Source: an uncultured bacterium (GTDB lineage: Bacteria; Aquificota; Aquificia; Desulfurobacteriales; Desulfurobacteriaceae). Taken from it: 32,787 nucleotides of DNA. The notes under the pieces were generated by a model. That model saw nothing but the letters and a program-made list of their open reading frames with translations, ran no database searches and was not told the DNA's origin. The stretch spans positions 1-32,787 of the forward strand of contig CAZXGR010000017.1 in the NCBI GenBank assembly GCA_964640245.1. The letters are read 5' to 3'. Shown in pieces: positions 7,888-16,977 of the stretch. Both the position numbers and the translations under genes were made by a program. How positions within the stretch are numbered: position 1 is the stretch's first letter; each line of letters opens with the position of its first letter.

Positions 7888-8550
7888 ATGATTGACCTTC
7901 ATACACATACGATATTCAGCGATGGTGAGCTTATTCCAAGTGAGCTTGTAAGAAGGGCCGAGGTTATCGGTTACAGAGCAATAGCTATAACGGATCACGT
8001 AGATTACTCGAACTATAGGTTCGTCATCGAGGGGCTCTTGAATACGGCAGATATTTTGACCGAGTCAACATCCGTTATAGTTATACCCGGTGTTGAGGTT
8101 ACGCATGTTCCACCTAAGCTTATACCCGACATAGTTCAAAAGTGTAGGGATTTCGGTGCAAAGATAGTGGTTATGCACGGCGAAACCGTTACAGAACCAG
8201 TTGCGCCTGGAACAAACAGGGCTGCCATACTTTCACAGGTAGATATACTCGCACATCCAGGATTAATAACGGAGAGTGATGTTAGGTTAGCCGTTGAAAA
8301 TAACGTATGCCTTGAGATAACGGCAAGAAAAGGGCACAATATAACAAATGGACATGTGGCAAACCTTGCAGAAAAGTACGGGGCAAAACTCGTTATAGAT
8401 ACCGATGCACATTCTGATACTGACCTTATAAGCAAGGAATTTGCGATTAAGATAGGTTTAGGTGCGGGGTTGTCTCGCCAAGGTGTTGAAGAGGCCTTTC
8501 ATAATAGTAAAGAAATAGTAAACAGGGTTTCGGGAAGGAGGCTAAGTTGA
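7888..8550 (+). CDS. PHP-domain metal-dependent phosphoesterase (histidinol-phosphatase-like family)
   Basis: 220 aa. N-terminal IDLHTHTIFSDG motif plus later His/Asp metal ligands (ITDHVDY, VVMHGE, DTDAHS). Confidence 0.7.
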   Translation: MIDLHTHTIFSDGELIPSELVRRAEVIGYRAIAITDHVDYSNYRFVIEGLLNTADILTESTSVIVIPGVEVTHVPPKLIPDIVQKCRDFGAKIVVMHGETVTEPVAPGTNRAAILSQVDILAHPGLITESDVRLAVENNVCLEITARKGHNITNGHVANLAEKYGAKLVIDTDAHSDTDLISKEFAIKIGLGAGLSRQGVEEAFHNSKEIVNRVSGRRLS

Positions 8551-9164
8551 ACCATAAGCCAAAGGTACCAAGGGAAATAGATACACCACAGGCAGAGCTT
8601 ATGATGCAGGATCTATACAAGATAAGGGATTTTATCCAAAAGCATTTACTTGAAACCGTTGGAATTTCCGTATGTCTTCTATGTTTAATAGGTGGCTTTT
8701 TCGGATATAGGTGGTACAAAGGTTTTAGGGAATCAAGAGCTGCAAACCTTGTAGATAGAGGTCTATATATGCTTGATAACAACGATACCACTGCGGCGGA
8801 TAAATACTTTAAAAGAGCCGTTAATCTTTGTCAAGATTGTCCTTCATCATTAATAGGGGGTTTCTTCCTCTACGAAAACGAGAATAATACCTCTGGCTTA
8901 AGGAGGCTATCGAAATTAAGGAACTTTACGGTTTCACCAGCAGCACAGGCAGCACTGTTATCGAAAGGTTCAGTATTACCTTCAAGCTTGATTCAACATA
9001 TAGACAGAGGAAACAACTGGGCCTATCCAGAGGCAATTTACTATGACTTGATATCGAACCTTAAAGGTAGAAATATTCAGGAAGCAAAGCAGGACCTTGA
9101 AATATTAAAGGGAGACTTTAAAAACCTTCCAATAACAAAGCTTAGTGAGGAGTTAATCAATTGA
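8547..9164 (+). CDS. Hypothetical membrane-anchored protein (single TM, helical repeat-like C-terminal domain)
   Basis: 205 aa. TTG start preceded by GGAAGGAGG. One hydrophobic segment VGISVCLLCLIGGFFGY. No recognisable catalytic motif. Confidence 0.4.
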   Translation: MNHKPKVPREIDTPQAELMMQDLYKIRDFIQKHLLETVGISVCLLCLIGGFFGYRWYKGFRESRAANLVDRGLYMLDNNDTTAADKYFKRAVNLCQDCPSSLIGGFFLYENENNTSGLRRLSKLRNFTVSPAAQAALLSKGSVLPSSLIQHIDRGNNWAYPEAIYYDLISNLKGRNIQEAKQDLEILKGDFKNLPITKLSEELIN

Positions 9165-10393
9165 AGTGTCAGGCAATAAGGGGCGTTGAGGATCTTATAC
9201 CTCCGGAAAGTGAGGAGTTTAAATTTATAATAGATAAATTTAGCAATACGCTTGAAATGGCAAACTTTAAGTTTGTTATCCTTCCAACCTTTGAGGATGA
9301 AGGCGTATTTATAAGAAGTGTAGGTGAAACTACCGACATCGTTCAAAAGGAAATGTACACGTTCGAGGACAGATCTCATAGAAAATTGGCATTGAGACCT
9401 GAAGGCACAGCATCGAGCGTAAGAAGCTATATAGAACACGGCGTATATGCTACAGAACCTATTGCAAAGTGGTACTACTATGGTCCCATGTTTAGGTATG
9501 AAAGGCCTCAGTCCGGAAGAAAACGTGAATTTTATCAATCCGGATGTGAAGTATTTGGAGTTTCCCTTCCGGGTGCCGATGCAGAGCTTATCAATGTAGC
9601 TAACGAATTCCTAAAAGCTATAGGTATAAAGACAGAACTTGAGATTAACTCCATAGGATGTCCAAAATGCAGAGATATCTATAAAAGGGTTTTACTCTCC
9701 TATCTTGAAAAGCATAAAAATCTTCTATGCAAGGACTGTTTGAGAAGATACAACATTAATCCCCTGAGGGTTTTGGATTGCAAGGTAAAGCAATGCCAAA
9801 TGGTTGTTGCAAATGCACCGAAGATCACGGATTACCTCTGTGATGAATGCAGAAAACATTTTGAAGGTTTAAAAACCTACCTTAAGATGCTCAACGTTGA
9901 ATATACGGTTAATCCCTTGCTTGTAAGAGGCCTTGATTATTATACGAGAACGGTTTTTGAGTTTAAATCAAATGGACTCACAGTTTTGGCTGGTGGAAGG
10001 TACGATAGGTTGGTCAAGGAAATGGGGGGACCAGATATACCCGCATTGGGTTTTGCAGCTGGGGTAGACAGACTTGCCATGATAATGGGCAGGCCTAAAA
10101 CCAACAGAAGCGGGGTTTTTATCGCCTATATGGATGAACAAACCTATAGGTTTGGCCTTAAGATGCTGTTTACCTTAAGGCAAAACGGCATAAAGTCGGA
10201 TATCGATCAGAGAATGGGAAGTATGAAGTCTCAGATGAAATCCGCGAATAGAATGGGGTTCAAGTATGCTGCAATAATTGGTGAAGAAGAACTCTCAAGT
10301 GAAAGTATTTCATTAAAGAATCTCGAGACTGGCAATCAACGAACCCTAAAGGTATCAAATCTCATAACATTTCTAAAGGGAAACCATGACTAA
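9161..10393 (+). CDS. hisS: Histidine--tRNA ligase HisS
   Basis: 410 aa, TTG start. Class II aaRS motifs (AIRGVEDLIP, LRPEGTASSVR, MFRYERPQSGRKREFYQSG, GGRYD, GFAAGVDRL). C-terminal anticodon-binding domain. Cys-rich insertion domain. Confidence 0.9.
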   Translation: MKCQAIRGVEDLIPPESEEFKFIIDKFSNTLEMANFKFVILPTFEDEGVFIRSVGETTDIVQKEMYTFEDRSHRKLALRPEGTASSVRSYIEHGVYATEPIAKWYYYGPMFRYERPQSGRKREFYQSGCEVFGVSLPGADAELINVANEFLKAIGIKTELEINSIGCPKCRDIYKRVLLSYLEKHKNLLCKDCLRRYNINPLRVLDCKVKQCQMVVANAPKITDYLCDECRKHFEGLKTYLKMLNVEYTVNPLLVRGLDYYTRTVFEFKSNGLTVLAGGRYDRLVKEMGGPDIPALGFAAGVDRLAMIMGRPKTNRSGVFIAYMDEQTYRFGLKMLFTLRQNGIKSDIDQRMGSMKSQMKSANRMGFKYAAIIGEEELSSESISLKNLETGNQRTLKVSNLITFLKGNHD

Positions 10394-11489
10394 AAGGGTT
10401 TTGATATTAGGTTCAACGGGTTCAATAGGCAAAAATGCTCTTAAGGTTCTTGAGAACTTTAGAGATAGATTCAAGGTTGTAGGGCTCGCTGCAAGAAACA
10501 ACGTCAATGAAATGCTTTTCCAGGTGGAGAGATTTAAGCCGGAAGCTGTATACATGTTTAACGGAAAGCTCAATGCAGATGTCAAGACGTACGGAAACCT
10601 AAGGTCATTTATAGATGATATAGATTTTGATATATGTATCTCAGCTATTTCAGGGTCGGATGGCATCCTTCCAACGTACTGGGCATCCCGCAAGGCAAAA
10701 CGGTTGGCCATTGCTAATAAGGAATCCCTGGTGTGTGCAGGCAACTTCATAATGAACTCTCCATCAGAAATAATACCCGTTGATAGTGAGCATTCAGCTA
10801 TATTCCAATGCCTTCAGGGAAATAGAGAAAAGGACTTAAGTAATTTGATCCTTACGGCTTCCGGAGGCCCTTTTTGGAGTAGAAAGGATCTCAATGGCGT
10901 TACCGTTGAGGAGGCCTTAAACCATCCAAATTGGAAAATGGGTAAGAAGGTTACCATTGATTCGGCAACGATGATGAATAAAGGGCTTGAGGTCATTGAG
11001 GCTCATTGGCTATTTGGTGTGGAACCGGATAGGATAGAGGTCCTCATCCACCCTCAGAGTATAGTTCATTCGATGGTAAGATTCATGGATGGTTCGGTAA
11101 TATCTCAGATGGCAATTCCCGATATGAGAATACCGATAGCCTACGCACTTTCCTATCCTAACAGGTTACCCCTTAAACTTCCAAGTTTAAACCTAAGTGG
11201 AAGGAGCTTAACCTTCGAGAAACCTGATATAAGTAAATTTAAGTGTTTGGGACTTGCATATAAGGCCTTAAAAGCTGGGTATCCCTATCCCATTGTTCTT
11301 AACGCTGCCGACGAGGTGGCAGTAAACTTGTTTCTCAATGGAAAGATAGGCTTTGCAGATATACCTTCCATAGTAGAGGAAACTTTGTCAAAAACTGATC
11401 TAGGAAAACCTTCAAGTATAGAGGATGTCGTTGAGATAAATACGGAATCGAAGGGCATCGCATCAGAGGTGGCAAATGCATTTAGATAA
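10386..11489 (+). CDS. dxr: 1-deoxy-D-xylulose 5-phosphate reductoisomerase Dxr
   Basis: 367 aa. N-terminal NADPH motif ILGSTGSIG. Conserved Dxr core (LAIANKESLV, DSEHSAIFQCL, NKGLEVIEAHWLF). Confidence 0.9.
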   Translation: MTKRVLILGSTGSIGKNALKVLENFRDRFKVVGLAARNNVNEMLFQVERFKPEAVYMFNGKLNADVKTYGNLRSFIDDIDFDICISAISGSDGILPTYWASRKAKRLAIANKESLVCAGNFIMNSPSEIIPVDSEHSAIFQCLQGNREKDLSNLILTASGGPFWSRKDLNGVTVEEALNHPNWKMGKKVTIDSATMMNKGLEVIEAHWLFGVEPDRIEVLIHPQSIVHSMVRFMDGSVISQMAIPDMRIPIAYALSYPNRLPLKLPSLNLSGRSLTFEKPDISKFKCLGLAYKALKAGYPYPIVLNAADEVAVNLFLNGKIGFADIPSIVEETLSKTDLGKPSSIEDVVEINTESKGIASEVANAFR

Positions 11490-11988
11490 AGGGCTTGTCC
11501 ACGTGTATACCGGAAATGGAAAGGGGAAAACATCCTTATCACTTGGAATGTGCTTTAGGGCAGTTGGTAGAGGCTTGAAATGCTGTTTTATACAATTTGT
11601 AAAGGGCATTGAAACGGGAGAGTTAATTGCAGCTAAGTATCTTCCAAATTTCGAGTTTATACAGACGGGAAGGCCTAACTACAATTTTGAGGTAATAGAG
11701 GAGGATTATGAAAGGGCAAAGAAGGGATTAGAACTTGCCTATCAAAAGATGAACGATAATGATATGCTTGTCTTGGATGAAATTAACGTTGCTGTATACC
11801 TCGGGCTTTTGTCAATAGGTGAGGTTACCGCAATGGTAAGGTCGAAACCAAGAAAACTTGAATTGATACTGACAGGTAGGCATGCAAGACCCGAGGTTAT
11901 AGAGTTAGCAGATTACGTAACCGTCCTTGAACTTGTAAAGCATCCATTTTACAAGGGTATCAATGCAAGAAAGGGGGTGGACTATTGA
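11476..11988 (+). CDS. cobO: Cob(I)yrinic acid a,c-diamide / cob(I)alamin adenosyltransferase (CobO/BtuR/CobA type)
   Basis: 170 aa. P-loop VYTGNGKGKTSLSLG and CobA-family motifs (IQF.KG, LDEINVAVYLG, ELILTGR). Confidence 0.85.
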   Translation: MHLDKGLVHVYTGNGKGKTSLSLGMCFRAVGRGLKCCFIQFVKGIETGELIAAKYLPNFEFIQTGRPNYNFEVIEEDYERAKKGLELAYQKMNDNDMLVLDEINVAVYLGLLSIGEVTAMVRSKPRKLELILTGRHARPEVIELADYVTVLELVKHPFYKGINARKGVDY

Positions 11989-12143
11989 TTAGGCTTCTTA
12001 TTATTTCCCTTTTGGCATCAATCTCATTTAGCTGCGTTCCACTATTGGTGGCTGGCGGTGCTGGTGCTGCTGCAGGTTACTATACCGCAAAACACTATAA
12101 CGTAAAGGTTAAATCTCCTGTTGAGGTTAAGAGGAAGAAGTAA
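11985..12143 (+). CDS. Possible small (52 aa) membrane/lipoprotein-like ORF. It was not in the ORF track because it is under 60 aa
   Basis: TTG start overlaps the cobO stop. Translates to LIRLLIISLLASISFSCVPLLVAGGAGAAAGYYTAKHYNVKVKSPVEVKRKK: a signal/lipobox-like L..SFSC, a Gly/Ala stretch and a basic tail. Its stop abuts the queE TTG start. The region could instead be a non-coding leader. Confidence 0.25.
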   Translation: MIRLLIISLLASISFSCVPLLVAGGAGAAAGYYTAKHYNVKVKSPVEVKRKK

Positions 12144-12803
12144 TTGCTCAAAGTATGTGAAATCTTTAAGTCCATTCAAGGTGAGGGCATATACGTAGGA
12201 CAGCCATCCGTTTTTTTAAGGTTTTCCGAATGTCCTCTAAACTGTGAACATTGCGATACCAAATACGCAAAATTAAAATCACAAACTTACGGTTTAAGCA
12301 ATTTAGTTAACAAGGTTTTATCCTATGGTCTTCCAAACTTAGTGATAACAGGTGGTGAACCTTTTGCCCAGGATAAATTATTTGAATTGATAGAAGCTTT
12401 AAGTACAAAGTTCAGGAATATATCAATAGAAACAAGTGGGTTTATATTCAGAAAACATCCAATTCTTGAAGGGGTTAATCTGATTATCTCGCCAAAGCTT
12501 CCATCCATGATGAATAACTTTCCATTTGAAAATACCGTTAAATTTCTGCAGGCGTTTAAAAAGGTATTCCTGAAATTTGTTGTATTAAAACAGGAAGACG
12601 TAAACATCATGAAGCAATTTCTATATAAGAATAGAGATTTGATTAAGAACCCGGTAATAATTCAACCACTTTGCCTTAATTCGAAGCCATATAATCAAAC
12701 ATGTAGGAATGTTATAGATATCATGTTAGGCGAAACAGAACTTGTATGGGATTTTAACATCAGGATAATACCACAAATTCACAAGTTTATCGGTATAAAA
12801 TGA
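12144..12803 (+). CDS. queE: 7-carboxy-7-deazaguanine synthase QueE (radical SAM, short form)
   Basis: 219 aa. N-terminal EIFKSIQGEG signature. CPLNCEHC CxxxCxxC motif. Confidence 0.85.
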   Translation: MLKVCEIFKSIQGEGIYVGQPSVFLRFSECPLNCEHCDTKYAKLKSQTYGLSNLVNKVLSYGLPNLVITGGEPFAQDKLFELIEALSTKFRNISIETSGFIFRKHPILEGVNLIISPKLPSMMNNFPFENTVKFLQAFKKVFLKFVVLKQEDVNIMKQFLYKNRDLIKNPVIIQPLCLNSKPYNQTCRNVIDIMLGETELVWDFNIRIIPQIHKFIGIK

Positions 12804-13993
12804 TTTTAAGTATTGTCATATACAACATTATTTTAACTTCGTCTCTGCCTTTCTTTCCGATCCTTAAATTTCTCACGAGGAAAAGAGGAAAACTTACAAT
12901 TTTAAGTAGATTTAAAACGGATTTTGAGGAAGGAAAAAACAAGGTTTTAATTCACGCATCAAGCATAGGCGAGGTAAGATCCATCAAACCTCTTATCAGG
13001 TCCTTTGATAACGTAGCTTTAACGGTCTCAACGGATTATGGTTTGGATATTGCAAGAAAATTATACCCAAACACAGCCTCAAGAATTCTACCAATTGATA
13101 TCTATCCGATTGCATTGAGATTCTTGAAACTTTCGAAACCTAAGGCAATTCTACTATACGAAACAGAGATCTGGCCTTCATTGATAGCTGCAGCTAAAAA
13201 ACTTGACATTCCTGTATTCGTGGTAAGTGGCAAAATCTCTGATAGAAGCTTCAAGAGGTATCTATTCTTCAAGAGGTTTCTAAAACCTGTCGTAAGTGAT
13301 GTTTCCTTTTTAGCGAGGTCAAAAGGGGATGCAGAAAGGGCAGTCCAAGTTGGCTTCCAAAGCGTTAAAGTTATGGGAGACCTAAAGTTTGACGTATCCA
13401 TACCAAAATTCGTGCCACTAAGGCTGCACGGAAACAGAATGGTTATCCTTTGGGCAAGCCTACATGGAAACGAATGCGAGCTGGCACTAAATGTACATAA
13501 GAAACTAAAAAAACGTTACCCGAACCTGCTATCCATAGTAGCCCCAAGGTATGTTAAGGATTTCATGACAATTGAAGGCCTGGAGTATGAGTTTAGATCC
13601 AAAACCAAGGATGTGAGTAGCAAAACGGATGTTTACATAGTTGATACAATAGGTGAATTATCCTCGCTCTACAGGTTTTGCGATATTGCGGTAATAGGTG
13701 GAAGTTTTATAAAGGGTATAGGCGGACATAATCCATTAGAGGCTGTAATCTTCAAGAAACCTGTTATTATGGGGGAATTTGTACCCGATTTTAAGGATAT
13801 TATTGATAAATTGGCAAATGTAACTATATCAACTAAGGAAGGTTTGACAAAAAATCTTGATAGGATCCTGTCAAACGAGGGTTATAGAATAACCTTGGGA
13901 AAAAAGCTTTATAATAATTATATAAGGAACACTGGTGTTTCAGAGAGGATAAGAGAAGAGGTTTTAGGTGCTGTTGAACGACATAAGAATTGA
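12800..13993 (+). CDS. waaA: 3-deoxy-D-manno-octulosonic acid (Kdo) transferase WaaA/KdtA
   Basis: 397 aa. N-terminal membrane anchor. IHASSIGEV motif. GT30/GT-B C-terminal domain (GGSF...GGHNPLEA). Confidence 0.85.
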   Translation: MILSIVIYNIILTSSLPFFPILKFLTRKRGKLTILSRFKTDFEEGKNKVLIHASSIGEVRSIKPLIRSFDNVALTVSTDYGLDIARKLYPNTASRILPIDIYPIALRFLKLSKPKAILLYETEIWPSLIAAAKKLDIPVFVVSGKISDRSFKRYLFFKRFLKPVVSDVSFLARSKGDAERAVQVGFQSVKVMGDLKFDVSIPKFVPLRLHGNRMVILWASLHGNECELALNVHKKLKKRYPNLLSIVAPRYVKDFMTIEGLEYEFRSKTKDVSSKTDVYIVDTIGELSSLYRFCDIAVIGGSFIKGIGGHNPLEAVIFKKPVIMGEFVPDFKDIIDKLANVTISTKEGLTKNLDRILSNEGYRITLGKKLYNNYIRNTGVSERIREEVLGAVERHKN

Positions 13994-15092
13994 TATCCTT
14001 CAGAGGAAATCACTAAGAGGCAAGTTGCTTTTTCCAATTTTTAGGATGTTATCATTGATATTCTGTGGTTTCATATTCCTAAGGAATATGTTGTACGATA
14101 AAAAGATATTAAGACAAAAATCCTTTAGAATACCTGTAATATCAATAGGTAATATCGTTGCAGGTGGTGTTGGTAAAACACCATTAACCGAATCTATTTA
14201 CCTTAGTTTAAGGGATGTTGGCTTTTCCCCTGCAGTGGTTCTCAACGGTTATAAGGGGAACGAAAAAGGCCCAACTATTTCAAAAAACGATACCGAGAAA
14301 TTTGGGGATGAGGCTTCAGTATATGCCATTAAGGGTTACCTTTCCATCGTAGGCAAGAACAGGTTAAGGAGTATAGAATTAGCTGAGAATGTAGGTGCAA
14401 ATGTTGTTATACTCGATGACGGCTTCCAGCATAGAGAGGTCAAACCACTTATAAACATCGCTGTAATTGATGCACTAAAACCTTTTGGTGACAATTACTG
14501 TTTACCATTGGGCTTACTACGGGAACCGATAAGTAGCTTAAAGAGAGCAGATTGCTTTGTTCTCACACGTTCAAATCTTTTGGATAGTAATTCGCTGGAA
14601 AACATAGAGAGAAAACTTCTAAAATTTGAAAGGCCAATTTTTAGGGCAAGGCAAAGCTTTAGAGGATGGGTAAATGAGGATTTTAAGGCTACGCTTGCTC
14701 CAAAGGGTACAGTTGATGTTATCTGCGGCATAGGGAATCCGGACCAGTTCATAAGAATGCTAAGTAACCTTGGATTGAAGATAGGAAACTGCCTTATATT
14801 TAACGATCACCACAGATATACGCAGGAAAATGTTGATGAGATACTTAAGCTTAAAAATCCGGTTACAACAGAAAAGGATCTAATAAAGCTGAGGAAATTT
14901 AAGCTAAACTTGAAAGCCCCAATACTGACATTGGACGTTCCTGGTTTAAAGGAGTTTATAATTTCACATATTCAAAATCTACAGAAGGATGATGAGAAGG
15001 TCATTGAAGGAAATCTTATACCGTCCAGAATTCCAAACCCTAAGGGTTCTTTCGTTTTTCTTAAGAAGAATGAAAAGGGAAAGGGCATTTAA
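13968..15092 (+). CDS. lpxK: Tetraacyldisaccharide 4'-kinase LpxK
   Basis: 374 aa. P-loop ISIGNIVAGGVGKTP preceded by an N-terminal membrane helix. The roughly 40-aa C-terminal extension relative to typical LpxK overlaps the next gene. Confidence 0.85.
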   Translation: MLLNDIRIDILQRKSLRGKLLFPIFRMLSLIFCGFIFLRNMLYDKKILRQKSFRIPVISIGNIVAGGVGKTPLTESIYLSLRDVGFSPAVVLNGYKGNEKGPTISKNDTEKFGDEASVYAIKGYLSIVGKNRLRSIELAENVGANVVILDDGFQHREVKPLINIAVIDALKPFGDNYCLPLGLLREPISSLKRADCFVLTRSNLLDSNSLENIERKLLKFERPIFRARQSFRGWVNEDFKATLAPKGTVDVICGIGNPDQFIRMLSNLGLKIGNCLIFNDHHRYTQENVDEILKLKNPVTTEKDLIKLRKFKLNLKAPILTLDVPGLKEFIISHIQNLQKDDEKVIEGNLIPSRIPNPKGSFVFLKKNEKGKGI

Positions 15093-15861
15093 GCTTTCTA
15101 AGTACCTATCGGAAATTATTTATACTTACCCGAGGGTCAGAAAGGTTACAAGTGAAAACCTATCCTTTACAGGATTTCCTAAACATTACGGTAAGCTATG
15201 TGTTGAAAACTTTCTAAAATGTCTCGTTGACTTCGTAAAATCAAGAGATTACTCAAATAAAGCGCTAAAGGACATGTTCGAGATAAGCGGTACCGAAAAC
15301 ATACCTAAGAATGGATGCATATTTTTAACTGCGCACATGGGTAACTGGGAACTTCTTGGCGGTTTTTTCTCAAGAATCACAGGTAAAGAGCTCTACGTTG
15401 TAGCAAAACCAATGAAGAATAGGTTCGTTGATAACTTTATAAACGACATAAGGAAAGGTTTAGGATTAAATGTTATAAAATTGGGTAATACTAAAAAGTT
15501 ACTAAGTGTATTAAAAGGGGAAAACTATCTTGGCATGCTTCTTGATCAAAGGCCAAGGGTAAGGGAAGCTGTAGCCACAAAGTTTTTAGGCAGAAGGACC
15601 TATACAAATAGGGGGCTTGCAATCTTAAGTTTGAGGTTCAACAAGCCGGTTGTTCCTGCTTTCTGCTACCTTGATGGTTTAACCTATAAGGCAACAGTTG
15701 AAAAACCCATATACCCAGATGGTAAAACGGTAGAGGAGTTAACGAGAATTTATGCTGAACGTATATCGGATGCCGTAAGTAAACATCCAGAGCACTGGTT
15801 CTGGTTTCATAGAAGGTGGAAAAACTCAGAGGAGTTCAAAAGTTGGCAGAAAAACCATTGA
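14989..15861 (+). CDS. lpxL: Lipid A biosynthesis late acyltransferase (LpxL/HtrB family, LPLAT)
   Basis: 290 aa. Acyltransferase motif FLTAHMGNWELLG. C-terminal [12 protein letters not shown] as in LpxL. The true start may be the downstream Met at about 15067, because the annotated start overlaps lpxK by 104 nt. Confidence 0.75.
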   Translation: MMRRSLKEILYRPEFQTLRVLSFFLRRMKRERAFKLSKYLSEIIYTYPRVRKVTSENLSFTGFPKHYGKLCVENFLKCLVDFVKSRDYSNKALKDMFEISGTENIPKNGCIFLTAHMGNWELLGGFFSRITGKELYVVAKPMKNRFVDNFINDIRKGLGLNVIKLGNTKKLLSVLKGENYLGMLLDQRPRVREAVATKFLGRRTYTNRGLAILSLRFNKPVVPAFCYLDGLTYKATVEKPIYPDGKTVEELTRIYAERISDAVSKHPEHWFWFHRRWKNSEEFKSWQKNH

Positions 15862-16772
15862 TAATTATAACAGGACCTACTGCTACGGGTAAAACACACC
15901 TGTCCATAAAGCTTGCAGAGAAATTGGATGGAGAGATAATAAGTGCGGATTCGATGCAAGTTTACAGGGGCCTTGATGTAGGAACGGACAAAGCTTCAAA
16001 GGAAGATCTAAAAGCGGTAAAGCACTATCTCATAGATATTCTAAATCCGAACGAAGCTTTCAATGCAGCTAAGTTTGCAGAAATGGCAGATGAAGCAATA
16101 AGAATCATAAGAAAAAAAGGAAAATATCCTATAGTTGTTGGTGGAACTGGTTTCTATATCGATGCTCTGTTATTTGGTATTCCAAAAATGCCGAATGCCA
16201 ATAAAGCCTTAAGGGAAGACCTAAACAAGCTAACATCAACGGAGCTACACCGCAGGTTAAGTATGATAGACATGCAAAGCGCAGAGAGAATACATCCAAA
16301 TGATAGGAAGAGAATAATAAGGGCTATAGAAATCTACACACTAACTGGAAAGCCAATTTCATCGTTTCAAGTACCTAAAAATCCAAGGTATACGTATTTA
16401 GGCTATTTTCTCTATAGGAATAGGGAAGAGCTTTACAGAAGGATTGAAGAGAGAATCTATAAACAACTTAAAAATGGCTTGATAAGCGAAACCCGGATGC
16501 TTCTTAATTACGATAGAAGTATAACCGCTCTTCAAGCATTAGGCTACAAGGAAATGCTCGAGTATCTCGATGGCAAAATTACCAAGAGGGAAGCAGTTGG
16601 GCTTTTAATTAGGAGAACGAAACGGTTTGCAAAAAGGCAGTTTACATGGTTTAGAAAAAGGCATAACTTTAGATGGATTAATCTTTCGAATATACCTGAG
16701 GATAAAGCAATAGGTATAATTAAGGAAGACCTAAGGAGGAACGATGAACCTGCAGGATGTTTACTTAAATAA
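15816..16772 (+). CDS. miaA: tRNA dimethylallyltransferase MiaA
   Basis: 318 aa. P-loop [10 protein letters not shown], and [18 protein letters not shown]. The start may be the internal TTG at about 15843. Confidence 0.9.
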   Translation: MEKLRGVQKLAEKPLIIITGPTATGKTHLSIKLAEKLDGEIISADSMQVYRGLDVGTDKASKEDLKAVKHYLIDILNPNEAFNAAKFAEMADEAIRIIRKKGKYPIVVGGTGFYIDALLFGIPKMPNANKALREDLNKLTSTELHRRLSMIDMQSAERIHPNDRKRIIRAIEIYTLTGKPISSFQVPKNPRYTYLGYFLYRNREELYRRIEERIYKQLKNGLISETRMLLNYDRSITALQALGYKEMLEYLDGKITKREAVGLLIRRTKRFAKRQFTWFRKRHNFRWINLSNIPEDKAIGIIKEDLRRNDEPAGCLLK

Positions 16773-16977
16773 ACTGAGGAAGGAAAGAATTCCCGTAAGC
16801 ATATTTCTTACCAAGGGCACAAGGCTTCAGGGAACGATATCTTACTTTGACCAGTTTACGATACTTTTAGAAAATGGAACATCCCAGCAGCTTATCTACA
16901 AGCATTCAGTATCAACTATTGTTCCTTCAAGGCCATTAAAAAACTTCATTGAAGTTCCAAAAGTGGAAAAAAAATGA
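16744..16977 (+). CDS. hfq: RNA chaperone Hfq
   Basis: 77 aa. Sm1/Sm2 motifs ([41 protein letters not shown]). The classic miaA-hfq arrangement. Confidence 0.9.
   Translation: MNLQDVYLNKLRKERIPVSIFLTKGTRLQGTISYFDQFTILLENGTSQQLIYKHSVSTIVPSRPLKNFIEVPKVEKK

Noticed and set aside
11989-12143. preQ1 riboswitch upstream of queE
   Set aside because: I could not find the conserved P1 hairpin plus A-rich tail of preQ1-I or preQ1-II. The region reads cleanly as a small ORF ending at the queE start. This remains an untested alternative.
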